Shown here in pieces: positions 26,651-39,242 of a DNA stretch of 64,000 nt. Positions within the stretch are counted from its first letter, which is position 1, and each line of letters starts with the position of its first letter. Below the pieces are notes generated by a model, which saw only the letters and a program-made list of their open reading frames with translations, was not told the origin of the DNA and made no database searches. This stretch comes from Rhina ancylostomus. Taxonomy: Eukaryota. The position numbers and the translations under genes are program-made. The DNA lies in NCBI GenBank assembly GCA_030265395.1, contig JARFYF010000022.1, forward strand, positions 40,964,895 to 41,028,894, in the 5' to 3' direction.

Positions 26651-29239
26651 AGCTGTCTTGTACAACAGCAGTTCATTACAATGGAGGCCAGGAGCACTGG
26701 CGTTGATGTTGTAGCACCATCAGGCAACCTCCCGTTTAATACTCAGTGGAAGTGGTAGGTTGAGCAGCTGTGATCCACTTTAAGTTGACAGAGCAAAAAT
26801 GCTGTAAGATGATACCTTCACTCTACACTATTGCAATAAATCTCTCACTTAAACTGCCTGAACGATGCCTACCTAAATTTTTGTTTTTCACTTTTTTAAA
26901 GAAAATAGTTAATAAATAGTACGCAGCAGATATAAAATAAATATAAATCATGTCATCCATAGGTGCTACATTCATTAGTTTTAGCTGCAGATATGTTTGG
27001 GTAAGATATCCAGGGACTTCTACATTTAGGAGAATGGGAATTCTGGAATAAATAGCTGTATTTCTTCCTGGAAGTGTACAAATCCCAATGGTAAAATGTG
27101 TAACTATTCATTACCATATAGGCAACTTCTACTACTGATGAAAACTCCCTGGAGTTCAGCTCCAATAAATTTTTTTTTCACCATTCAAGTCTGAACAATG
27201 CAATGTATTAGACAAGCTGAAGAAAAATTATAGCAGAATATTTCACATTGTATGTGCCAAATGGCTCAGAAACCTTAGAGCAATTCTCCTTCCTCTTCTC
27301 TCTCCTCAGTAAGTATGTTGTCTTGATTCTTGGCAGGTATTGCTCCCAGTTCCCTCTCCAGAAACAGGGATGCAATAGGCTATGGAGAAAAGGAAGTCCG
27401 TACATTAATTTGCCTTCTGCAGAGTTTGCATTGTATGTGGGGTGGAATTGGAGGGAGGTTGAAGTAAGTTGTTTTATTTTTTGTATAGCGGAGAATGGTT
27501 ACATTTCCCAATTGGATTTATGAGAGACTATCTTATAGTAATGGTCCTAGATTTGCATTAAATCACAAGAGAAAACTTCTCAACATCATCCTTGGTGATC
27601 ATTGTTGTGATTTTAACAATCTATTAGATCACTGCTCAGTCTTGCCTTCCCGAGGATGGAAACTAGATCGTTCTGAATTAAAAACAGAAAATGCCAGAAA
27701 TACTGAGCAGGTCAAGCAGCACCTGGAGAGAATGAAGCAGGGTTAACATTTCACCTTAATAACTTTTCATCGGAACTGATGGTTCCTTAACTAATCAAAT
27801 CTGCAGCAAAGTTGAAGATTTGCAAGCACCAGACCATATTGTACATTGGGGATGCACTCTATTGTGACATGCTGGTTTGTGCTTTGCTCCTGGCTTTCCA
27901 AATACTGTTGTGTTCATCTGCAGAAATCCAGACAGCTGGGTGGAATTGCTAGTAGACTCACCAGCTGGTCACTTCTTAGAATGTAGCTCAGAAATACATT
28001 GGTAGAGGCCATTATTCAGCTTGTCTCCACCTTGGCAACATGTATAGTTGCACCTTATCAGGTGTCTTAGAAAAGTCTCAAGATTTTCATATATGCAATT
28101 CATTATTTTGTAGAGTTTACTGTTATTTACCAGATCATGCCATTACCTTGCCGCTCTGAGCACTGCAACCTCCTCTGGTTCTATAACTTCTGCCACCCTC
28201 CAGTTCTATGTATTGTTGATTTCCATTGATCTGTTGACCTGGTCTTTAGCAGCCCGCATCCCAAGGTGACAATGAGCCACATGGCTGTATTATAACAGGT
28301 GACCAAATTACATGCAAAGCAACTTGTGATGTTTGTCTGAATTGTAGACATCATCTGACTGCAAAATGCTGGTGTGTAAGTAGGTGCAGAATCCACTCTG
28401 TAAGTAACAAGGTTGCACCAATGACAATGAGCTGGCTAATGTTTTAACCTATCTTTGACCATATTGATTGAGCAAAGACACCAGAATTTGCTGCTGCTCT
28501 TCTCTGAATGCTGTCATGTTGCACAGGGACACGCACTGTGAAGAGGTGGTATGCCATTGGTGTTCATTTCAAACTCAGAGACAGCTCAGACTGAAGCAAG
28601 CTAGTTCTCAAGAATGGAAGTCATTTAAGGGTGAATTCTTTCTATACTTGTACTTTGGGGCCTGGGATTTGGGAGACCACAGTAAATGAGTTGTTTTCTC
28701 TCTTTTGTCAGGCACACATAGTCTTCCTACATATCGGCTACCATTTCACATGCCTGGCTGCTTTAGGCCCTTAATGATATTGTAGAATCTACTCATCAGT
28801 TTATTTCTGCTCCATAAATCTTCACCAGCCTGTCTGAGAGCTGGCTCAGGTCATTCACTCACTTTCTTAATATACCTCAGAACCCAGCGACCACAGAGAC
28901 ATGCTGTCCACTCTAAACTACGGATTATACAAGTGTAGTTTAGAGGAGCAGAAGGATTTGGCAGGTGCTGGGATATAGATTAGGAATGACAGTTTCAGTA
29001 CACAAAAGCTAAGGTGTTCTACCTTTTGTCTGAACTAGCTTGGATCTGTTTCATCTTTTTCCTCCAGGCAGCACTGTCCACCTCAGGAAACAAATAAAAT
29101 GACTTGGAACCAGTGAGATCAAGGGAAACTGGTAGAGGCTTATGAATTTTTTAAAAAAGCATCCTTCCCCCAATGGCTTTACAGGGAAGAGAACAAGAGC
29201 TGCAATACGGGAGCTGGCATAGAAGAGGGAGGTGGGGCA

Positions 29240-29620
29240 GCCAGAAGAACATAATGGCAGATTTAATAAACAACATGAGCAATGGCAGATGCAGTCAATG
29301 ATAAGATGATGTTGCCAACAAACTCTTCCCTACACAAAATGTTTACTTCATAAATGGGCCTCCTTTACAATGAATAAACATAAACAAGATAGGCCGTCGG
29401 TTGTGACATTTCTCTGCGATTATTGTTTTTTTTAATTTATTTTGCGTTGTGAGTGCCCTCGCTTGCCAGCTCCCTTATGAGATTGTTCTCCAACTGTGAA
29501 CTGGCCCCGGACATGATTAATGTCAGTAATTAAAGTGCTTGATTTGAGCTGCTGTCTCGTTCTCCACTGCTTTGATCCTTTGATCTGATAATGAGGACTC
29601 TGCCCCTGAAGAACATCCTC
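29240..29620. promoter_or_regulatory. Candidate enhancer / conserved non-coding element
   Basis: Repeat-free cluster of FOX (TAAACA x3, TGTTTAC), SOX (ACAATG, ATTGTT), homeobox (TAATTA, ATTAAT) and tandem TCF/LEF (CTTTGATcCTTTGAT) motifs. Confidence 0.55.
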
Positions 29621-30769
29621 CTTTTATTGTTTGTTTTTGGATGTCACGCAAAGCTGGGGTTGGAGGAGCCGCAATTGCTAACTTGCATTGGACATAAACT
29701 TGTGGCTCCCTGCAGACCAGAGTGTATTACACTGGTGAAGCCCCCCCCCCCCCCATAAGGAACCTTTGTGCACTGAATAGTTGGGAGAGGCATTTCTAAA
29801 TTGGGGTATTGATGAAGAAGAAATATTCAGTGAGATGGGGTGCAGAGCAAAGGGGTTCAGGATCCGCACAGTTTTGCTCCATATGCCTGTAAGCGTCTAT
29901 ATTTAAACACATGGATCTGGGGTTAACAAGCACCTCAAATTATTTTCATTTGTTGAGATCCTGCCCATTTGCAGGGTTGTTGCACAGCACGTTCTCTTTA
30001 AGTGTGAAGAGCATTGCCTTTCCCTGTGTTTCTTGGCGGGGCTGTGATGGGAGTCAGGTGACTGGTGATGGTGCAGTGGATAATTTTTTAAATTTGTTTT
30101 CATCAATGGTAAAGTAAGCAGAAAGTAAAACATGAAACTGCCCTGATGCCTCATGGCCTGCATGGATCCGAGAATTAAAATTAACATCCAGATCATTGTG
30201 TTTACTGCATAAAGTAGATCAGAGCAGAGAGAGGCAATTCAGCCCCTCGAGCCGGTTCCATCATTCAATGAGATTATGGCTGACTGAATATTGGTCTCAA
30301 TTCCACATTTCTGCCTGATCCAAATTAATTCTGATTCCCCAACATTCCAACAATCCACTATTCTATCCCTGCCCACCCAAGCCTCCAGCACATAAAATGA
30401 AAACCCTGAGTGATAATCCAAGCTTCCCAAATTTAGGAACACAGAGTCAATTTAAACAGCCAGTTCTCCCCAGTTAGAATGGCACAGGACAACCCAGGAT
30501 TATCTCATGGTTTAGTGGTCTGTTGGAAGGACAAACAGCTAAGTGTTTATTAAAGACTGGAATCCTATTATCTGCCTCAGAACTCTTTAATGATAGATTA
30601 TCATAAATTATAATAGATACATTTTTGCCACCACAGCCCCTCCTTCAAATCAGATCGCTCTTAGTTCACCTGAAACTGTTTATGTGCTGTGGTTACATCA
30701 CATACATTGCTTTGATCATAAGCGCTTAATCACCAGTTAATTGGCAAAGCAATCTAGAAAGAAAACATT

Positions 30770-31250
30770 ACAAAAGTGGAATACTGCAGTTGCTAGAAAT
30801 CTCAAATTAAAGACAGAAAATGCTGGAAATACCAGGCAGGGCAGGCAGCATCTGTGGAGAGTAAAACAGAATTAATGTTTCATGTTGATGACCTGCCATT
30901 AAAAGTGGAAAATGTCAGGGATAAATATATGTTAAGATGCAGAGAAAGTGAGGGTAGGGAGGGAAGAACAGAGGGGAGGAAGGTGTGTGATAGAGTACAG
31001 AATGGATTAAATAACAAAAGGGATTGTAGTGCACGGTGTAGGGGCGAAGCAATGGAACTAATGTGGGCACAAAATGTCATCCTGGAGGATGTGTTACTAG
31101 GAATGGTAGGACCATTAGCTGAAATTGTTGAATTCATTGTTGAGGCTGGAAGACTGAAATGTACCTAGCTGAATCATGAGCTGCTATTGCTCAAGCTTGC
31201 ATTGATCTTTATTGAACTCATGTAGGACAGTGGGAGTGGGATAGAGAAAT
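30770..31250. mobile_element. Penelope-like element fragment
   Basis: aatactgcagttgctagaaatctcaaattaaagacagaaaatgctggaaatacc...gcagcatctgtggagag followed by internal sequence (gaaattgttgaattc...caagcttgcattg). Confidence 0.6.
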
Positions 31251-31329
31251 GAACTCAGGCTTGTGTCCAAAATGGTTTTTTGCAAAACATTCAACTCATC
31301 TGCATTTAGTAGAAGAGACCACAAATTAA

Positions 31330-32030
31330 AACTCTTCTTCAAAAGCAATCCCGTGGAAGGATGACATGCTTCCACTCCCGTTCTGTGCCAGACTGATGAG
31401 GCCCATGGGGCACCCACAAACTCTTGCGCAGATGGGGCAGATGCTGTCTGACGGGGTGTGTAGCGGGCGGTTTGTGAGGTGGTCTGCTCTTTCCACTGTT
31501 TGTACTGGGTTCCCGTGTGCTCCCTATGCATCGATTTAAAGTTCCTAACCTCATCCTGAGTGCTTCTCTTTTACTTCGAGGGGGGGTCATAGATCCAGGA
31601 ATCATATGAGATGTTGGATTTTTGTCACGGAGAACAGCCTTCAATCTTTTTCCCTGCCCACTTGCGACTCTCTCCNNNNNNNNNNCTGGAAGGTGGCACA
31701 AGGAAGAATATGTCTGTTGGTGGAGATGACAGAGTGAACCATAGTGTCTTGATGGGCATAGTCCCTTCGGACTGCTGATAGGCACGAGGAGGGGAAGATG
31801 GGCCTTGTAGTGAAGATCTTTTGAATATAGGGGCTGATGGGGTGGAAGATGAGGGCAACAAGAAACATATTATACAATAAAATAACTTCTGTTTAGCTGC
31901 TGTTGGTTTCCACTTGTTGCACCAATCGATTGTCCTGTGTGGAGATAAGGTTTTGACTGGTGAAGTGAGATTTGGTCTCCATCCGAGCAAGCAAGGACAT
32001 CGGCAGCAGAGTGGGGCCACAACCTTGCTC
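31330..32030 (-). mobile_element. RTE-clade LINE 3' fragment
   Basis: Tail tcttcttc...ggatgacatgcttcc; a terminal zinc-finger-like region (TASAPSAQEF); similar to 36700-37632. Confidence 0.65.
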
Positions 32031-33559
32031 CAACACAGTCACACTATTTGCTACTGATCACAGCATCTTCCTCTTCTCATAGATGGATGATATTAACTCT
32101 GTAAGAGACCAAATAAAATACTTAGATGATGCACATAGTGCATGCATTGGGAAAGAATGAATTTGTGTGGATGGTTTCAGTGAGGAACAGGTGGTGACAT
32201 GGTATAGCCCACCAAATATCCCTATAATGAAATCTCTGTGGTTCATAAACAACGGTTCTATGATTAGAACATTGGGGAACGGTGTGGTTTAATCACTTTC
32301 CAACCAGTCCTGTCATCCACATATTTGGAAAGTGACCATTTTTGGGGCTGATGTGATTGTCTCTCCAGAAGTAGCCAGTAGAGGGCACTGAATCTACACA
32401 TTGATCACATGCCCTGAATCCCTTCCCCTTGTGCAGAAGTGGCTCAATATTGAAAATGTGTTTATTAACACTTTGCTGCCTGTGCAGGGAGGTTACATTT
32501 AGAAGGCAAACTGAAGTCATTGTCATCTACCCTTCTGTGAGTAAAATGTGGCCAAGAAACATTGATTAGACAGTAGAGCAACAGTGATACTGACAAACAA
32601 TGGGCAGCTTGTGTCATTTATTCAGAGACTTGCTACTGAGCTGGTATTGGCTTGAAAGTTAGCCTTATGCATCCTGCTTTCCACCCTACCGCTCCCCCAC
32701 TTCCTCACAGCTTCCCACCAACATCCTGAAAGAATTGGGTTGGAAGTCTTGCTGATTGAAACCAAAAAGAGGTATTGAATGCATTTGAGCTGCTGGTTTA
32801 CCTGTGTGATGAGTGAGAGACTTCGAACTATGATCCGTGTTTTAAATCACTGCAATCTCACAGCAGTCTTCTTGCAGTACATGGCCATGACAGGGGAGCA
32901 AGATCTACGGGGCAATACACAAAACACTGCAGGAACTCACAGAGATTCCAGCATCTGTAGTCTCTTGCATCTCTGAAATCTATAGGTGTTCAGGCTCACC
33001 TTGGAAAGTGAAGGCTAAGTCCGTGGAGCAACTTCTGTGCTGATTACACAATGCATTAACTTGAGGCAGTGAGGTTTGCTGCTGCTATTAGATTTTATGC
33101 CATCTTCCAGGCACTTTTGAGTCGCATGACAACAGCATCAATAACTTGTATCCACATTGTGACTTCAACATTGTAAAAACACCCCAAGGTGAGTCACTGG
33201 AGTGCTGGCAAACAAAATTTGACCTCCAGACAACAAAGAGTGTTTTAGGGCAGATGGCAAAGACTGCCATCACAAATGTGGTTCTCTGGCTACTGAAACC
33301 TTCTCCCTATCCTCCAGGAATGATTCAGGCAGCTTATAAACATGGTAACATAGATTCATGGTAAATTTTTCACACAGGAGAGCATTTGGTCCATCATGTC
33401 CATGCCAGCTGAAAATGACCTACCCCCAGCCTAATCCCCTCTTCCAGGTACTGTTTAGATGTAATGAGGGTTTCTGTCTCTACCATCCTTTCAGGCAGTG
33501 GGGCTTCCAGACTCCTTCTACCGTCTGGGAGGTAAATGAGAGGTAATATCCGCTGCTCC

Positions 33560-34220
33560 ATACCTTGCCTTTCTCTATTTTAATGCCCTACTGGAGGTCT
33601 TACCAGGCTTCCATTCACCGTAAACCTAAAGTTATCCAACATTCTCTTCTCTTCCCGGCCCCCCCCCCCCCCCCGTGCCGTGTCCATTCATCCATTGCCT
33701 CTATCCTGGTTGACCTGCACTGCCTCCTGTATAAGAAGCAATATTTCAACTTTAAAATAATTATCACATCTTTGTGATCTTGCATCTCCGCAACACAGCC
33801 GTCTCTTCCATCCATGTAACACTCTTAAGTTGTCCACGTTTCTCCAGTTCTAACTTTCTGAGCACCTCTGGCTTTGATCGCTCAACCTTTGGTGGCTGGC
33901 TTCCAATGTCCCAGACTCAACAAACATCGACTGTCCGTTTCCCTCCATAGATGCTGCCTAACCCATTGAGTTCCTCCAGTGCTTTTATGTGTTGCTCCAG
34001 ATTTCCAGCATCTGCAGTTTCTTGCGTTTCCTTCTTGTTAGCTCCCCACTAAGCTTCTCTACCACCCCAGTGCTTTTCACTCCTTTAAGTTGCTACTAAA
34101 ATTCTTTGATGAAACTTCTTGATGTCACCATATGCAGCTTGCTGTCAAATTTGAATCACACTCCCATGAAATGCCTAGGGACATTATATAATATTAAAGG
34201 CACAATATAGATGCATTTGA
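33560..34220 (+). mobile_element. L2-like LINE 3' portion with nested Penelope-like fragment (~33915-34030)
   Basis: aaagttatccaacattctc...cctggttgacctgcactgcctcc...tttaaaata; nested atagatgctgcctaacccattgagttcctccag...ccagcatctgcag. Confidence 0.65.
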
Positions 34221-34224
34221 CAAT

Positions 34225-35700
34225 GAAAGCGTTTTAAGTGCTGTTTTAAATGAGAAAAGACTGGTCAAAAGAGAGGGAGGTTTGCAAAAGGAATTTCAGA
34301 GCTTGGGAGTGGGTGGCAATTAAATTTGGGGTGTGCATGAGACAAGAATTATTGGAATGTAGATTTCTTGGAGCATTGTAGGGATGAAAGGAGTTATAAA
34401 GATATTTTTTCAAGATATCTATTTGTCACATATACATCGAATCACATAGTGGAATGCATCTTTTTGCGGAGAAACTGGTGATCAGGAGAAGTGATTTGGA
34501 AAAGAACTTGAAAATCCGGTTTGGGGATCTTGGGTTAACAGGGANNNNNNNNNNNNNNNNNNNNNNNNNNNNNNNNNNNNNNNNNNNNNNNNNNNNNNNN
34601 NNNNNNNNNNNNNNNNNNNNNNNNNNNNNNNNNNNNNNNNNNNNNNNNNNNNNNNNNNNNNNNNNNNNNNNNNNNNNNNNNNNNNNNNNNNNNNNNNNNN
34701 NNNNNNNNNNNNNNNNNNNNNNNGTGGATGTAGGACGTCTGGAAATCAAGTAGAAATGTGGCTTGGAAGCTAATCTTGTGAGAACAAGCGCTGCAAGCAG
34801 TCTGGTTCAGACATTTGGCTGGGAGAGGGGTGGAGTTGGTGGTTACTCAGATGTTGATTGTGGGAAAGAAAATGGCTTCAACTTCCCAATGTTGCACTGG
34901 AGAATTTTTTTACTCATTCATCATGCAATGTTGGATGAACAGACTATACAGGGAGTGTGGAAGGGGTGGAGAGAGGGTGTTGTGAGGTAGCTAGAAGTCT
35001 CAAACTTGCATATAGAAATCTTTGGATAACCTTGCTGTTGAGCAGCAAACAGATGATTAAAAAAAGAGAGGAGGACAGAGGTAGCCCCTGATGAGGAAGA
35101 GGGTGTCGAAATGATCTGTGAAGGAACACAGTGAGAAGCCATTTCAAGTTACTTTCTAGCCAAGACTGAACGTATCTGAATGAAAGCGGTCAAGTGCAAT
35201 CCCATTGAGAAGGACTATGGTGGAGAGGCAATGAGAACGATGGTGTGAAATAGCTCTCCTTGTCCTTGACACCAACACCATGTTAAAGACTGTGGAGGTG
35301 TCAAGGACAAGGAGAGCTATTTGTCACAGACACTTGTCATCACTGTGACTGGAGGTAACATATTTAGAGGGATGAAGACAAAGCTCTGAGAAACACGGGC
35401 ATGGGTTTTGGAGATGGCCACGTATTCAAAGGGAGGTTGTAGAATGAAGCTTTGGTGTACAAGATTTGCACTTTGAGGAGAGGGATGATAACGACAGATA
35501 TGATGGGAGGGTGAAGGAGACTGGGGGAGTAAAGATTGTGGTCTCTGTACCTGAAAAAAAGAGAACTATTAACAATAACAGCTCATGGAGGACAAGAGAA
35601 GTCAGGGATCAGCAGTTCAGTGGGTCTCGTGGACAAGGTAATCTCGGAATGTGGCATGTGGAGAGAGAGGAGAGAAGCTGTTGGGATTAGAATGATATTG
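34225..35700 (-). mobile_element. Degenerate L2-like LINE (fragmented, interrupted by gap and a SINE tail)
   Basis: ggaatttcagagcttggg...; gtcaagtgc...tggtggagagg; purine-rich composition as in reverse L2 ORF2. Confidence 0.45.
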
Positions 35701-35779
35701 CTAGTATGAGGTAGAATCATAGAAGATTGTCCTGGTTGGATGGAAATAGAAAAGGCAACTATCAGGTGGTCTCAATCAG

Positions 35780-36260
35780 TAAGTGGCGTCTCCTCGCACT
35801 TGTTGGTAAAGGTGGAGGAAGTAATCGGTGCAATGAAGGGACAGCAGATTGTGATGTTTTACTGGGGAAATTATTGTATTTACTGAGATGATATTTGTCA
35901 GTCTTCTCTTTGTTTTGCTTCTGGCGATTAGTATACCAATACATCAGGGACGGGCGCACAACTCTTATCACCCTTCCCCAGTGGTGGCGACATCTGCACG
36001 GGCAGCTGGTGATCAGCCAGGGGTCAGGAGACTTACCTCTGCCACAGCTTGACACGTGTACGTTAAAGAAACAGAGCAGGCAGCTTGCAACTGAAGGAGG
36101 AGGAGGAGGGGATGAGGCTTCAGAGGGCAAATTGGTAACAAAATAGAATAAGAGGGTTTGATTCGGGTGAAAAGTTTAAATGCAAGAAAAGGTGGAAATC
36201 CAAGCCCACCTCATCTGGTTTTAACGGAGACAGGAGTGTGGGTGAGAGTTGACCAATCAG
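35780..36260 (-). promoter_or_regulatory. Candidate promoter / first or internal exon (36037-36090)
   Basis: Local CpG enrichment, NF-Y box GACCAATCAG (36251-36260), E-box CACGTG (36053-36058), consensus donor GAG|GTAAGT on - at 36037/36036. Confidence 0.25.
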
Positions 36261-36699
36261 CTCATCTCTCCACCTCTGGGATATTCCTCCTCCCACATCT
36301 GGGACAGTTATAGAACATTTGACAGGTGACGATTCCTCCTCTCATTCCCCCTCCCTCTTACCCACCCTCCCCTTAGCCCCGCACATCCTCTTTCCCCCCA
36401 CCCCCAATCCCTACACCTCTCCTCTTTTGAGTATCCCACTGCTTGCTGTCCAACCTCCTCGATCCCTTCCACAGCTGGCCTCCTCTCAACTCTTGGATTA
36501 CCCCTCCCTCTCAGGACACAGTTGGCCCTCTTCCTGTCCGTGCCTCTGGTTTCTCATCCGGGCTTGGGAGCGGCCCGTGTTCCCACTGCCAGAGGCTTTG
36601 GGGTGTTGTGCCCACCATTTGCTGAGAGTGGATAACTAGGGCAGAAGCAGATGGGCACGGGACAGCTGGCAGCAGCCATCTCGACTGACTCACATTCTT

Positions 36700-37632
36700 G
36701 AGGTGCAGAGCTCCAAGTTGCCATTGACCCATTCACAGAAGCGTACGAGAGGGTGGCTTTTATACGTAACATCTGCAACTGCCCTGCTGCACAATGTCAC
36801 CTTCCAACAATATAGGTTCATGAGACACCCTGGAAAACTACTCCCCATCTCTTGGAAGCCACCTTTCAGCAAAGGCAGACATCAATCTTGAAATTCACCC
36901 TATTCTTCAATGCACCAACACATCATTTGGATGACTGAAGAATAGGGTGTTTGAAGATCAAGACCTCAGATTCATTGTCTATGGGCAACAGTGAACCATG
37001 CCCTCTTATGCTTCTGGGACTTGGACTACCTTCAGTAGGCAGTCCAAAACACTGGAAGGTTATCACTAGTGCTATCTTCTCAAATTTCCCCAAATCTCAT
37101 GACAGGGTAAGTGAACCAATATCTTCTCTCCCAAGGCAACATCCAAGGCCCTAACTACACACAGTCAGCTCCAATGGGCAGGCCATTGTATTTGCATGCC
37201 TGACAACACACTGCTGAAGCAGACACTTTATTCTGAACTCTGTCACAGAAAGAGATTACGAGTTGGACAGAGGAAAAGATCCAAGGGTTCCCAAAACCGC
37301 CTTAAAAAAGTATAACATTGCCACTGAATCCTGGTTTTCCTCAGCCCATGACTGCTGAAAATGGAGAAGGGGCGTTCAGGATGGCATAGGGAACGCTGAG
37401 GGCAAGTGTCAGGAGCACACACAAACCTTATGTAAGTCGCAGAAGGAGACACCATCTCACAAACTGCACCCTACGCCCCATCTCATCTCATCAGGCAACA
37501 CTTGCCTCTTCTGCAGAAGGGAGTCTGCATTCACACATTGACCTGATCAACCAACTCAGAATGCACAAAACCAGAGAGAAAGCAAGTCATCCTTAATCCC
37601 TTGGGCCCTGCCTAAGGAGAAGGAAGATTGAT
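36700..37632 (+). mobile_element. RTE-clade LINE 3' ~0.9 kb
   Basis: Degenerate RVFEDQDL..., LLYASGTWT and Q(L)QWAGH...MPD motifs; ends gcaagtcatcctt...ctgcctaaggagaaggaag. Confidence 0.8.
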
Positions 37633-38984
37633 TGCTCTGATCATTCAACAACTTCATTATCATTGCATCATGTGACCACTGGGATGACAGGAGGCAAACT
37701 ATTTAGTCTTTGTTTGCACACAGTTTCTGTGTTCCTAAGTGACCATCCTCCAATTTACCGCAAGGGACCTGTTGGTTATGTAGGGCTCACGCTGCAGAAT
37801 TCCTTTTGCAGAATAATGTGGTCTCCCATTAGCTGCATTTTGTTGCTAATGTTCCACCTAATACAGAGTGTGAGTACTTTCCTGCTTCCTACCAGTCAGC
37901 TGCACGCAGTGTGTTTTTGTTGTGTTTGTTTAGGTTAGGTTGCTGAATGAACGATTGAGCAGGCTGGATCCTGCGCGGCTGGTGGTAGGGTGAGAGCTAA
38001 GCTATTTTTATCAGCCTTGCAGAAGATCTCGATCCAAGAAGAACATTTCTTGGCAAAGCCACTGATTTGTTTCTCGGGACTTGCCTGCAGGCCTGGAAAG
38101 ATCATGTGGTAAAGCTAATATTCTTGGCATGGCTTTGAGCAGGAAGAGCAGGCAACTAGCGGCATATTTTACTTTTGAATGGTTGTTAATCACCAGTTTG
38201 AAGTACCTCCTGGTCCTGCAAAAACAAACAAGAGCTGTGCCTGCTAATTATTCAGTAAATGTTTAACCGTCACACTGCAGGTTGAACTATTTAACTAAAA
38301 TAATGTGTGCTTTTACGTTCTTGCTTGATTCATCAGATCTCCCTATTCTTTTGAGGCTCCCTGTATTACACACCAACCTTCACTGTCCAGTTTGAGGCTT
38401 ACTGCTTAAGTTGTGCCAATATCGGTCTGTTGCCGTCTGCCTGGACAATCGGCCTTCTGACTGTGGACTGAGGTGGAATGGGGTGGGGACTCCTCCATCC
38501 CCTGACAGAAGGGGGAAGCCTGACTCACAGCAGGCTGGGCTGTTCAAATCTGCATCGTCGGATATAGCTCAGTTTACAACTCACTGGTCTACTTTAAAAA
38601 CAAAGAACAGGACCTGCACTTCAAACCAGATCTGAAAATATCGCTGCCTCTCCAACATTCACATGTGCCAAAAAAATAAAAGTGAATTTCTTTTGGGCCA
38701 AGTTAGGTTCTTTTGCTTGTAGTATCTGTTTATACAGGTGCTTGGAACTCATATTGCAGTAAAATTGCCTGAAAATAGGCCTCTGTTCAACAATGTGGGT
38801 GCAATTATATGTGCCACGTTAAGTTAGACTCGCCTTTGAGGTAGGTTTCACAGCTGTACAGTTTAGACTGAAGGAAGATTGCATCCGTTTTTTAATTCTC
38901 CAGTGTTTCCACTTGAGCATTTGAATGTCTACTGTCTCCTCCTGCAGAATTCTCTTTCACAATTCATATTTTCCTGTGGTACAG

Positions 38985-39242
38985 AAGGAGGCCATTCAGC
39001 CTATTGTATCTGTGCCAGCTCTCAGTGATCCCATCAATCCTATTCTTCCCCCCCCACCCCCAATTACTTACCTGCAACCTATTCTCTGTCATGTGCCCCC
39101 CTCCCTGATTCTTCCACCACCCAGCAACACTAGAGGTAATTTACAGTAGCCAATCAACCTACCACGTCTTTGGAATGTGGGAGGATCGAACCAGGGTCCC
39201 TGGGGCTTTGAGGCGGCTGCACTACCAGCTGCACCACTCTGC
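38985..39242 (-). mobile_element. Degenerate V-SINE
   Basis: ggtaatttacagtagccaatcaacctacc...ctttggaatgtgggagg...gaaccagggtccctgg. Confidence 0.7.
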
